In this document: positions 16,395-25,577 of the stretch, piece by piece
Layout of the letters: each line of letters opens with the position of its first letter
How positions within the stretch are numbered: the first letter of the stretch is position 1
Assembly (NCBI GenBank): GCA_010027105.1
Contig: RGVT01000001.1
Coordinates: forward strand, 1 to 33,036
Direction of reading: 5' to 3'
Source: Planctomycetia bacterium
GTDB taxonomy: Bacteria; Planctomycetota; Planctomycetia; Pirellulales; UBA1268
DNA length: 33,036 nt
Made by a program: the position numbers and the translations under genes
Notes under the pieces: generated by a model
What the model saw: the letters and a program-made list of their open reading frames with translations, nothing else
What the model was told of the DNA's origin: nothing
The model's database searches: none

Positions 16395-17857
16395 ATGGCC
16401 ACGATCACCGCACCGAGCCTGCTCCCCGAGGTCGAGGCGTTCCTGGCCGGCGGGCCACTGGCGAGCGTCGTGGGCGGGAAGGACGTGGCCGGCTCGACCG
16501 GCAGGACGATGCAGACGCTCGATCCCGGCACGGGCGAGCCGCTCGCCGAGTTTCACGTGCTTTCCGCGGACGACGTCGATCGGGCCGTGCAGGCGGCGGC
16601 CGAGGCGTTCAGGAAGTCGGGCTGGGCGGCGCTACCGCCGAACGAGCGGGGCGTGCACATCCAGCGGCTCGCCGACGCGCTCCAGAAGCACAAGCACGCG
16701 GTCGCCCAGATCGAGGCGCTCGACGCCGGCAAGCTGCTCGCCCACGCCGAAGGGGACGTGCAGAACTGCATCGACACGCTCCGCTACTTCGCCGACATGG
16801 CCCTCCACGTGCAGCGGCGGAGCGCCCTCGCCGTGGCGGGCCACGAGGCGTGGACGATCCGCCAGCCCTGGGGGGCCTGCGGCTTCATCTTTCCGTGGAA
16901 CTTTCCGCTCCTGCTCGTGGGCTGGGGGATCTCGCCGGCGCTCGCGGCGGGGAACACCGTCGTGATCAAGCCGGCGGAGGATACGCCGCTCTCCACGATC
17001 TACCTCGGCCGGCTGGCCCGCGAGGCGGGCATCCCGGCCGGCGTGATCAACGTCGGCTTTCAGCGCATCCCGGCATCCGGCGGATGAGCTTCACGGGCTC
17101 GCCCGAGGTGGGGCGGCTCGTCGGGGAGGCCTGTGGCAGGAACCTCGTGCCGGTGAAGCTCGAGCTCGGCGGCAAGGGGGCGGCGGTGGTGTTCGACGAC
17201 GTCGACGTGCCGCAGACGGCCCAGAAGCTCGTGAATGCGATCACGTTTCACACGGGCCAGGTGTGCTGCGACGCGACGCGCTGGCTCGTGCACACGTCGA
17301 TCGCCAGGCAGTTCACCGACGAGTGCGTGCGGCGGCTCGAAACGATCAAGGTGGGCTACCAGCTCGCCGGCGGTACGAACATGGGGCCGGTCGTCAACGC
17401 GAAGCAGCGGGCGCGGGTGCTCTCGTATCTGGAGAAGGGGCGTGCCGGAGGGGCCGAGGCCGTGCTGCCGGGCGGCCCCGCCGAGGTGCCGGGGCAGGAC
17501 GGGTTCTACGTGAAGCCCGCGCTCCTCGCCGGGAAGCTCGACAACGTCGCCGCCCGCGAGGAGATCTTCGGGCCGGTGGCCTACATCGCCACGTTCGCGA
17601 ACGAGGACGAGGCCGTGGCGATGGCCAACGACACCGACTACGGCCTGGCCAACAGCGTCTGGACGAGCGACCTCGGCCGGGCCGCCCGGATCGCCGAGTC
17701 GATGGTGGCGGGAAACAGCTGGATCAACGCCCACAACGTCTTCCCACGCGGCGTGCCCTACGGCGGTGTGAACAAGAGCGGCATGGGGGGCGGCGTGAAC
17801 TCGATCGAGACGCTGTTTGACTACTGGCGGAGCCAGTCGGTGGTGCGGCCGCTGTGA
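16395..17857 (+). pseudogene. Aldehyde dehydrogenase family protein disrupted by an internal deletion/frameshift
   Basis: The N-terminal part (16395-17087, stop TGA 17085-17087) contains FPWNFPLL and VVIKPAEDTPL..AGIPAGVINV. The C-terminal part is in another frame (LSAHPGIRRMSFTGS from about 17057, then ELGGKG, GQVCCDATR, EEIFGPV, to 17857). The Gly-rich loop normally found between GV.NV and HP...FTGS is missing. Confidence 0.7.
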
Positions 17858-17866
17858 TGGCCCGTG

Positions 17867-17887
17867 GGGCAGGCGTCTCGCCTGTCC
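17867..17887 (+). terminator. REP-related hairpin GGGCAGGCG-TCT-CGCCTGTCC just after the ALDH stop
   Basis: It has a 9-bp stem with one G-U pair, starts 10 nt after TGA 17855-17857, and resembles the GACAGGC/GCCTGTC REP core. Confidence 0.4.
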
Positions 17888-18090
17888 TGCGTTCCCCTCA
17901 ACTCGCCCAGTCCGGCTCGGGGTTACCCCGTACCGTCTCGCCGGACGCCAGGCTCCGGCTCACTCGGATGTGCCTGCGCTGCGCCATCCATGGCTCCGCT
18001 GGTCACATACGCCGTCTCAACGGCAGGGGTAACCCCTCGCCTCCCCGGTTTACGTTTGGATAAAGTGATGTATCCACGATTGGAAAATTC

Positions 18091-19353
18091 ATGCCAGATG
18101 ACGTGATCGTCGTCGGTGCCGGGCTGGCCGGGCTCGTCTGCGCGCGGGAGTTGGTGCGCGTTGGCCGAACCGTAACCGTGCTCGAGGCGGCGGATCGGGT
18201 CGGGGGGCGCGTGGCGACGGATGCCGTCGAGGGGTTTCGGATCGACCGCGGTTTTCAGGTCTACAACGACGCCTATCCCGAGGGGCGGCGGCAGCTCGAT
18301 CTGGCCGCGCTCGATCTCGGCCGGTTCGAGCCGGGGGCCCTCGTGGCCGAGGGTGGCCGGCTGCGGACCGTGAGCGATCCGTGGCGGCGGCCGCTCGCGG
18401 CGATCCGCGGCGTGCTCGCGGGAAGCGTGGGGATTCTCGACGGCCTGCGGACGGCGCGGCTGCGGGCCGATGCGATCCGCGGCGTGCGGACCGGAGCGAT
18501 CGACCCCGACGCAGCCGGGCCCGCACACGACCGCTCGACCCGCGATGCCCTCGCGGCCCGGGGATTTTCCGCACGCTTCGTGGAAAACTTCTTCAAGCCG
18601 TTCTTCGGCGGCGTGTTTCTCGAGCGGGCGCTCGAGACGTCGGCCACGGTGTTCGAGTTCGACTTCGCGATGTTCGCGCTCGGGCGCGCCTGCCTGCCGC
18701 AGGGGGGCATGGGGGCGATCCCCGCGCAGCTGGCGGCCGGCCTGCCGCCGGGCGCGGTGGAGCTCGGGGCGGCGGTCGGCCGCGTGGAGCCGGGGCGGGT
18801 GGTGATGGCCGACGGTTCGGAGCGCACCGCCCGGGAGGTGGTGGTGGCGACGGAGGCTCCGGCGGCGGCGCGGCTCCTGCCACGGCGCTTCACGGAGAGC
18901 TGGCGGTCGCGGCGGATGAAGGGCACGACACTCGTCGCCTTCGCCGCGGAGCGGTCGCCGCTCGCGGAGCCGATCCTCGTCGTGAGCGCCGAGCCCGCCG
19001 GCCCGATCGACAATCTCACGGTGCCGTCGGACGTGGTGTCGGGGTATGCGCCTTCAGGTGCCGCGCTCGTGACGGCGTCGATTCGCGGCGGGTGGCAGGG
19101 GGCCGGCGACACGCTCGTGGACGCCGTGCGGCGCCAGGCGGCGGGATGGCTTGGGAGCGACGCCGCCGCGTGGCGGCATCTGAACACCGTTCACGTGTCG
19201 GAAGCGCTGCCCGATGAATCGGTGGCTGCGCGGGCGGCCCGCCCGCCGTCGCCCCGGCTCGCGCCCGGGCTCCTCGTCTGCGGCGACCATTGCGCGAGCG
19301 CGTCGATCAACGGGGCCATGGCGAGCGGCCGCCGCTGCGCCGCCGGGTTGTAA
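18091..19353 (+). CDS. NAD(P)/FAD-dependent oxidoreductase (flavin amine-oxidase / phytoene-desaturase-like fold)
   Basis: DVIVVGAGLAGLVCAREL..VTVLEAADRVGGRV..GFRIDRGFQV. It is a full-length 420-aa ORF starting at an ATG. Confidence 0.8.
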   Translation: MPDDVIVVGAGLAGLVCARELVRVGRTVTVLEAADRVGGRVATDAVEGFRIDRGFQVYNDAYPEGRRQLDLAALDLGRFEPGALVAEGGRLRTVSDPWRRPLAAIRGVLAGSVGILDGLRTARLRADAIRGVRTGAIDPDAAGPAHDRSTRDALAARGFSARFVENFFKPFFGGVFLERALETSATVFEFDFAMFALGRACLPQGGMGAIPAQLAAGLPPGAVELGAAVGRVEPGRVVMADGSERTAREVVVATEAPAAARLLPRRFTESWRSRRMKGTTLVAFAAERSPLAEPILVVSAEPAGPIDNLTVPSDVVSGYAPSGAALVTASIRGGWQGAGDTLVDAVRRQAAGWLGSDAAAWRHLNTVHVSEALPDESVAARAARPPSPRLAPGLLVCGDHCASASINGAMASGRRCAAGL

Positions 19354-19374
19354 AGTCGGCTTGTTATTCCCATC

Positions 19375-19424
19375 TTGGCTCTGCAGTTCACTCCATATAC
19401 AGTTGATTGAAACAGCCGTTTGAA
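19375..19424 (+). promoter_or_regulatory. Candidate promoter (TTGGCT-N17-TACAGT) plus imperfect inverted repeat TTGAAAC-AGCC-GTTTGAA upstream of the TetR gene
   Basis: It lies in the AT-richer spacer 19354-19449. The -35-like element is at 19375-19380, the -10-like at 19398-19403, and the inverted repeat at 19407-19424 (6/7 arm match). Confidence 0.3.
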
Positions 19425-19449
19425 ACGCGTGCCCCAGGGCCTTTTCCGC

Positions 19450-20148
19450 ATGTCCACCGTCCGCAGCCAGTCCGACCGCCAGTCCAACTGCCAGTCTGGG
19501 CCCCGGGTCGCAGAAGACCCGCGGGAGCGGATCCTGCTCGCGGCCGGTCAGGAATTCGCCGAGCACGGCTACGAGGCGGCCACGGTCCGCGACATCTGCC
19601 TCGAGGCGGGTGTGAACGTCGCCGCGGTCAACTACTACTTCGGCGACAAGCGGCGGCTCTACATCGAGAGCGTGAAGCACGCCCACGAGGCCCGGGCCAG
19701 GCAGGTGCCGCTCCCCGCCTGGCCGCCCAGCACGCCCGCCGCCGAGCGGCTCCACGACTTCGTCGCCAACATGCTCGAGCGGATGCTGGGGTTCGGCCAG
19801 CCGCCCTGGCAGGTGCGGCTGATGATGCGCGAGGTGCTGCAACCGACCGACGCCTGCCGCGAACTCGTCGAGGACTACATCCGCCCCCACTTCGCGGTGC
19901 TCGTGGCGATCCTCGACGAACTCGCCGAGGGCGCGATCGCCGATCCCGAGCTGCGCCGCATCGGCCTGAGCATCATCGGCCAGTGCTTCCTGTATCGGGC
20001 CGCGGGCGACGTGGTTGCGATGCTCGTTCCTTCTGAGGAGCTCGCCGCGCTGCATTCGCCACCCCAACTCGCCGCCCACGTCACCCGCTTCGCGCTCGCC
20101 GCGCTCGGTCTGGGCCCCCCTCTGCCTCTCAAGGAACGGAGACGATGA
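19450..20148 (+). CDS. TetR/AcrR family transcriptional regulator
   Basis: ATG at 19450. The HTH region is RILLAAGQEFAEHGYEAATVRDICLEAGVNVAAVNYYFGDKRRLY. The stop overlaps the next start (ATGA at 20145-20148). Confidence 0.9.
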   Translation: MSTVRSQSDRQSNCQSGPRVAEDPRERILLAAGQEFAEHGYEAATVRDICLEAGVNVAAVNYYFGDKRRLYIESVKHAHEARARQVPLPAWPPSTPAAERLHDFVANMLERMLGFGQPPWQVRLMMREVLQPTDACRELVEDYIRPHFAVLVAILDELAEGAIADPELRRIGLSIIGQCFLYRAAGDVVAMLVPSEELAALHSPPQLAAHVTRFALAALGLGPPLPLKERRR

Positions 20149-21494
20149 TCATTTTCAAGGCGATCCTGCGCTGGGTGCTGCCGCTTGTGATTCTCGGCGC
20201 TGCCATCGGTGGATTCATGGCCCTCGGCGGCCCGAAGCCGCCCCCTCGCAAGACGGTCGAGGAGCCTGCCGCCGCGCCGGTGCGGACGGCGGCCATCGAG
20301 GCCGGTGATGGCAGGATCGAGATCGAGGCAGACGGGATCGTCGTCCCGCTCCGAGAGGTCACGCTGGCAGCCGAGGTTTCAGGTCGGGTGCTGCGAAAAA
20401 CGGACGCCTGCAACGAGGGGCAACTGGTGAAAAAGGGTGACATCCTTTTTGAAATTGATCCTCGCGATTACGAGCTCGACGTCGAGCGGCTCGAGCGTGA
20501 AGCCGCCCAGGCCAAGCTCATGATCGCCGAGATCGACGAGGAGATCGCACAAAACGCGACTGCGATCGATCTCGCCCGCCGCCAGGTCGAACTCGCGAGG
20601 CGGGAAGTTTCTCGCCTCGACACGCTGAAAGCCGGCCGGATCGTGACGGAGTCGGAGCATGATCGGGCCGTGCGCGACGAATTGACGGCCGCCAACGCGC
20701 TCACGGCCCAGGAAGGACAGAAGCGGGTGCTCGCAAAGCGGCGCAACCGAATGGTGGAAGCGGAGTCTCTCGCCGGGACGATGCTCGCGAAGTCGAGGCT
20801 CGATCTCGCGCGCACGCGAATCACCGCGCCGGCCGACGGCCGGGTGGTCGACGACAAGGTTGAGCAGGACTCGTTCGTGGCCAAAGGAACACCGGTCGTC
20901 GTGATCGAAGACACGAGTTCAGCGGAGGTGAAGACCAATCTCCGCATGGACGAGGTCGCCAGGGTGTGGGGAGCCCGCAGGGACGGCGCTCGATCTGGAA
21001 CCGGGCAGGACGTACCGGAATCTCCCGCGAAGGTCGTGTTCACGATCGACGATCGGCGCTACGAGTGGGACGGTGTGCTCTCGCGATACGAGGGCCGTGG
21101 ACTCGATGAGAAGACGCGGACGCTTCCTTGCCGCGTGCGCGTCGCCGAGCCGTCTCGCGTGCGTGCGATCGACCGGTACGGTGCGCCGCTCGCCACGCTG
21201 CCTGCCGACGCGCCCCGTTCGCTCCTGCGTGGCATGTTCGTCGAAGTCTGGCTCCAGGTTGATGTGCCGCAGCCGCTCGTTTCGGTGCCCGAGGAGGCGG
21301 TGCGGCCGTCGGGCGACCTGTTCGTGATGCGGGAGGGGCGTCTGCACGTGCTCCACCCCAGGCCGTTCCATGCCGCGGCAGGCCGCGTCGTGTACGACCA
21401 GGAGCAAAGCGGCCTGCTTGCGACGGATCGCGTTGTCGTGAGCCAGTTGGCCAACCCACGGGATGGAATGGAGCTCGCAGAGACGTCACCATGA
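20145..21494 (+). CDS. Efflux RND transporter periplasmic adaptor subunit (HlyD/MFP family)
   Basis: It has an N-terminal TM anchor (ILRWVLPLVILGAAIGGFMAL), a coiled-coil hairpin region (ERLEREAAQAKLMIAEIDEEI...) and beta-barrel segments. It is translationally coupled to both neighbours. Confidence 0.85.
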   Translation: MIIFKAILRWVLPLVILGAAIGGFMALGGPKPPPRKTVEEPAAAPVRTAAIEAGDGRIEIEADGIVVPLREVTLAAEVSGRVLRKTDACNEGQLVKKGDILFEIDPRDYELDVERLEREAAQAKLMIAEIDEEIAQNATAIDLARRQVELARREVSRLDTLKAGRIVTESEHDRAVRDELTAANALTAQEGQKRVLAKRRNRMVEAESLAGTMLAKSRLDLARTRITAPADGRVVDDKVEQDSFVAKGTPVVVIEDTSSAEVKTNLRMDEVARVWGARRDGARSGTGQDVPESPAKVVFTIDDRRYEWDGVLSRYEGRGLDEKTRTLPCRVRVAEPSRVRAIDRYGAPLATLPADAPRSLLRGMFVEVWLQVDVPQPLVSVPEEAVRPSGDLFVMREGRLHVLHPRPFHAAAGRVVYDQEQSGLLATDRVVVSQLANPRDGMELAETSP

Positions 21495-24400
21495 AGTCGA
21501 TCATCGCCTGGACGGTCCGTAACACCCCCGCCATGAACGTCCTGCTCGTGGCGATCACGGTCATTGGCTGGCTGAGCTTCTCTTCGATGCGTCGCGAGGT
21601 GTTTCCCGAGTTCGACCTCGAGATGGCGCTCGTGACCGTCCCCTATCCCGGGGCCACGCCGGAGGAGGTGGAGGAGGGAATCTGCCAGAAGATCGAGGAG
21701 GCATGCCGCAGCGTCGTCGGGATCAAGAAGATCACGAGCGTGGCCCGCGAGGGGATGGGCTACTGCGTTTTCGAGATGAACGACACGGTGGATGACGCCC
21801 AGAGGGTCGTCGGAGAGATCCGCTCCGAGGTGGAGCGCATCCCGAGTTTCCCGGAGTTGGCCGAGGATCCGAAGGTCGAGCAGGTGACGCTGCGAACGCC
21901 TGCGATCAAAGTGGGCGTGCTCGCGCCGCCGTCCGCCGATGGCGGTGAACGCTCCGAACTTGAACTGCGCGACGTCACCGAGCGCGTTCGCGACGACTTG
22001 CTCGCCTTGCCTGCGGTGTCGGCGGTCAACATCTCCGGCGGCAAGGACTACGAGATAGCCGTCGAGATTTCGGAGGAGACGCTCCGCAAATACGGCCTCT
22101 CGCTCAAGGCCGTCGCGGATATTATCAGGCGGGAGAATCTCGAACTTCCCGGCGGAACGATCCGCAGCGAGGGGGGCGAGGTGCTCCTCCGCGGCAAGAA
22201 TAAGAAGTACGCCGGCGACGAGATCGCCAAGTTGCCGCTCGTGACGTTGCCGGACGGCCTGGTGCTCACGGTCGGCGACCTTGGTCGTGTGCGTGACGGT
22301 TTCACGGACGTGGCCGGCCGCAACCGGATCAATGGTCGGAATGGGCTCGTCGTGTCCGTGGACAGGAGTTCTGGCGAGGACCTCCTGGCGATGGTTGCCG
22401 CCGTGAAGGACTACGTCGCTGAGACGCAGCTTCCGCCTGGCTACGAAATGGTCACCTGGGCCGATGCTTCCGTCGACGTGCGCGAGCGGCTCGATATGCT
22501 CCTCTCGAACGGCACGCAGGGCCTGCTCATCGTGTTCGTGATCCTGGCCCTGTTCTTCGACCTCAAGGTTGGGTTCTGGGTGGCGATGGGCGTGCCGGTC
22601 TCGATGCTCGGCACCGGGGCGCTCATGTTCGCAGGCGACCAGACGCTCAACATGCTCTCGATGTTCGCGTTCCTGATGGCCGTCGGGATCGACGTGGATG
22701 ATGCGATCGTGGTGAGCGACAACGTCGAACGGCACCGCAAGATGGGCAAGGGGCCGATCCAGGCCGCGATCGACGGGACGGCGGAGATCGTGCCGTCGGT
22801 CGTTTCGGGCGTGATGACCACCGTGATCACGTTCATGCCGCTCCTGTTCGTATCGGGCGTGATGGGGAAGTTCATCGCGGTGATGCCGTTCGCCTTCATC
22901 GCCACGCTGCTCGTGTCGCTCTCCGAGGCGATCTTCGTGCTTCCGGGCCACCTCGCCCACGAAGACAGCTTCTTGCTCCGCACGTTCGAGTGGCTCTGCA
23001 CTCCCTTCCGGCCGCTCCTGCCATTGCTCAAGTTCGTACAACGCTTGTGCGACAACGGCCTCAAGTGGTTCGTGAAGTGCGCCTATGCGCCCGCGCTCGA
23101 GATGGCGATCGAGAATCGCTGGGCCGTGCTGGCCGGAGCGGCTTCGATCCTGATTCTGGCCGTGGGCCTGATTCGCAGCGGCACCACGCCGTTCAAGATC
23201 TTCCCCAAGATCGATGCCAAGCGAATCCAGGCCCGCCTGGTGTATCCCGACGGTACGCCGGCGAGCGTCACCGAGGCGGGCATCGCGCAGGTCGAGCGAG
23301 CCCTGAACGAAACGGCGGCCCGCCTCGGCACCGGAGCCAAGCCGCTCGTGACCTTCATGTACGCTTCCGTCGGTTCGATCGAGATGCAGGGCAAGCCGGG
23401 CGTCGAGGCGAAGATGGGGGGCAGCCACATGGGCGCCGTGAGCGTGGAGCTGGAAGACGCGGTGAACCGCACCGTCACCAGCGATCGGTTTTTGAGCGAA
23501 TGGCGGAAGGCCACGGGCACGCTGCCAGGCGCCGATAGCGTGGTATTCGCCACCGAGAACATCGGCCCGGCGGGCAAGGCGATCGAGTTCAAGCTCCTCG
23601 CCTCGTCCGACGAGGAGTCGATCCGGCAACTCGAGGCAGCCGTCGAAAAGACGAAGGCGTGGCTCGCCGAGTATCCCGGAGTGATCGACATCGACGACGA
23701 CTCGCGGCCTGGCAAGTGGGAATACCAGATGAAGGTGAAGCCGCGGGCCGAGGCACTCGGTGTCTCGCTCGCCGATGTCGCCTCGACGATCCGGGCCAGT
23801 TTCTACGGCGAGGAGGTGATGCGGCTGCAGCGCGGTCGCCACGAGGTCAAGCTCTTGGTGACCTATCCGCGGGACGAACGGCGGTCGCTCGCCGCGCTCG
23901 ACGACGTGCAGGTTCGCGGCGCCGACGGAATCGCCCGGCCGCTCGGCGAACTCGCCGACGTCAAGGCGGCTCGCGGCTATTCGGAAATCAACCGGCTCGG
24001 CCAGAAGCGATCGATCACGGTCACCGCCGATATCGACGCCATCTCGAGCCTGACATCGGGCCAGATCGTGGCCGACCTCCAGCAGCGGCTGATGCCTACG
24101 CTGCTTCGCGAGAATCCGGCCGTCCGCGTCCGCTGGGAAGGGGAGCAGGAGCAAACGAACGACTCACTGCGGAGCCTCGGGCTTGGATTCATCGTGTCGG
24201 TGTTCGCGATGTTCGTGCTGCTGACGATCGAGTTCCGTTCCTACCTGCAACCGCTGCTCATTCTCACGGCGATCCCCTTCGGGGCGGCCGGGGCCGTCTT
24301 CGGCCATGCCCTTCTCGGCATGCCTCTGTCGCTGTTCACGATGTTCGGCGTGGTGGCCCTCTCCGGGATCGTGGTGAACGACTCGATCGTTCTCATCGAC

Positions 24401-24775
24401 TTCATCAACCAGCGGGTCCGCGAGGGGCGGCCGCTCAAACTCGCGATCCGCGAGGCGGGGTGCGTCCGATTCCGCCCGGTGTTTCTCACGAGCATCACGA
24501 CGGTCGGAGGCCTGCTGCCGCTCCTTTTCGACCGGAGCTTCCAGGCCCAGTTCCTCATTCCGATGGCGGCGGCGATGACGTTCGGCGAGGTGGTGACGAC
24601 GGTCCTGATCCTGATCATGATCCCCGTGGCCTACTCGTTCATCGGCGGTTCGATCGACGAGGAGCAGGACGGCGACGCGGCCCACCCCGTGACGGCGTCG
24701 GAGGAGGGGGACACCGACTGGCTCCCCGACTATCTGCAGGAACCGAAGCCGAGCCGCGAGGCCCTGAGCGCCTGA
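21491..24775 (+). CDS. Efflux RND transporter permease subunit (AcrB/AcrD/AcrF family)
   Basis: 1094 aa with the duplicated 6-TM plus large-loop architecture and AcrB-like blocks (e.g. MLSMFAFLMAVGIDVDDAIVV, GVVALSGIVVNDSIVLIDF). ATGA overlap with the adaptor gene. Confidence 0.92.
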   Translation: MKSIIAWTVRNTPAMNVLLVAITVIGWLSFSSMRREVFPEFDLEMALVTVPYPGATPEEVEEGICQKIEEACRSVVGIKKITSVAREGMGYCVFEMNDTVDDAQRVVGEIRSEVERIPSFPELAEDPKVEQVTLRTPAIKVGVLAPPSADGGERSELELRDVTERVRDDLLALPAVSAVNISGGKDYEIAVEISEETLRKYGLSLKAVADIIRRENLELPGGTIRSEGGEVLLRGKNKKYAGDEIAKLPLVTLPDGLVLTVGDLGRVRDGFTDVAGRNRINGRNGLVVSVDRSSGEDLLAMVAAVKDYVAETQLPPGYEMVTWADASVDVRERLDMLLSNGTQGLLIVFVILALFFDLKVGFWVAMGVPVSMLGTGALMFAGDQTLNMLSMFAFLMAVGIDVDDAIVVSDNVERHRKMGKGPIQAAIDGTAEIVPSVVSGVMTTVITFMPLLFVSGVMGKFIAVMPFAFIATLLVSLSEAIFVLPGHLAHEDSFLLRTFEWLCTPFRPLLPLLKFVQRLCDNGLKWFVKCAYAPALEMAIENRWAVLAGAASILILAVGLIRSGTTPFKIFPKIDAKRIQARLVYPDGTPASVTEAGIAQVERALNETAARLGTGAKPLVTFMYASVGSIEMQGKPGVEAKMGGSHMGAVSVELEDAVNRTVTSDRFLSEWRKATGTLPGADSVVFATENIGPAGKAIEFKLLASSDEESIRQLEAAVEKTKAWLAEYPGVIDIDDDSRPGKWEYQMKVKPRAEALGVSLADVASTIRASFYGEEVMRLQRGRHEVKLLVTYPRDERRSLAALDDVQVRGADGIARPLGELADVKAARGYSEINRLGQKRSITVTADIDAISSLTSGQIVADLQQRLMPTLLRENPAVRVRWEGEQEQTNDSLRSLGLGFIVSVFAMFVLLTIEFRSYLQPLLILTAIPFGAAGAVFGHALLGMPLSLFTMFGVVALSGIVVNDSIVLIDFINQRVREGRPLKLAIREAGCVRFRPVFLTSITTVGGLLPLLFDRSFQAQFLIPMAAAMTFGEVVTTVLILIMIPVAYSFIGGSIDEEQDGDAAHPVTASEEGDTDWLPDYLQEPKPSREALSA

Positions 24776-24790
24776 CGTTACCGCCCGTAG

Positions 24791-24905
24791 GATAGGCTTC
24801 AGCCTGTCACGCCGCCCGCTTCAGCCTGTCACGCCGCCCGCTTCAGCCTGTCACGCCGCCCGCTTCAGCCTGTCACGCCGCCCGCTTCAGCCCGTCAGGC
24901 CGCCT
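24791..24905. repeat. REP-like tandem array, 22-nt period x5, core GCTTCAGCCTGTC
   Basis: GCTTCAGCCTGTCACGCCGCCC units start at 24796, 24818, 24840, 24862 and 24884 (the last is degenerate). The first unit has a near-hairpin GATAGGC-TTCA-GCCTGTC. Confidence 0.9.
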
Positions 24906-25101
24906 GCGACTGTTTGCGCCTCCTCAACCGCCGCCGCTCGATGAGGCCGAGCGCGGCCGTGACGAGCGCCGCGACGCTTCCGAAGCCGGCGGGGTCGATC
25001 TCGGGGACTTCGGAAGAACCGGCCGCGTAGTTGAGGTACACGACGTTGCCGTCCTGGAACGTGCTGAAAACGGGGGCTGAAGCCTTCGTTCTGGGCGATG
25101 A
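24895..25101 (-). pseudogene. Orphan C-terminal fragment of a PEP-CTERM-type (VPEID-like) sorting-signal protein
   Basis: My own minus-strand translation gives ..FSTFQDGNVVYLNYAAGSSEVPEIDPAGFGSVAALVTAALGLIERRRLRRRKQSQAA*, i.e. motif, TM helix and Arg cluster. The frame is closed by a stop at 25102-25104 and has no plausible start. It is absent from the ORF track. Confidence 0.5.
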
Positions 25102-25220
25102 TCAGTACGCCGGAGGGACTGGACCAGGCGGCGAGCCCACCGGGCAGCCGATCCCCAAGCCCACGCCGGGGACGACTGTCCTACGCTTTTTTAGTGGCGG
25201 TCAACTTTTTGCTTTTTGCG

Positions 25221-25577
25221 TCAGAGAGCGAAAGTGCGTCGTAAAGCGAGGTCGATCTCCAGCATGGGGATCGATCCAATGACGCGATCGATGGCAGCCA
25301 GACCAATCGTCGCCACGTTGTCGGCCATTACGACCGAATCACCCAACAGGCCCGACTGTCGGCCGGCCGGCGATGCGACGGCGATCACAACTCGACTCGG
25401 ATGCCCGGCTCGAAACATTCGACCGCTGATCATCGCAACGATCACCTGTGGCATGCCGGTATGAAGGTCATCGGCCTGCACGCTCACGGCGGGGCGTGTT
25501 TTTGCAGTCCGCAGATCGGAGTGCGGAAACAAGACGAGAACGACATCGCCGCGCCTACAGGCGGCCCTTGGCGGCAT
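25221..25577 (-). CDS. Type II toxin, PemK/MazF family
   Basis: ORF 25221..25667(-) trimmed to ATG 25575-25577. RRGDVVLVLFPHSDLRTAKTRPAVSV is the MazF/PemK N-terminal block. It overlaps the upstream antitoxin gene by 23 nt. Confidence 0.75.
   Translation of the reverse strand: MPPRAACRRGDVVLVLFPHSDLRTAKTRPAVSVQADDLHTGMPQVIVAMISGRMFRAGHPSRVVIAVASPAGRQSGLLGDSVVMADNVATIGLAAIDRVIGSIPMLEIDLALRRTFAL

Noticed and set aside
21059-24154. 1031-aa ORF antisense to the RND permease gene
   Set aside because: It is a shadow frame of a confidently identified AcrB-family gene and has no recognisable motifs.
24796-24905. Possible CRISPR array
   Set aside because: The 22-nt units are directly abutting with no spacers and share the REP core found at other gene ends. 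No cas genes are present.
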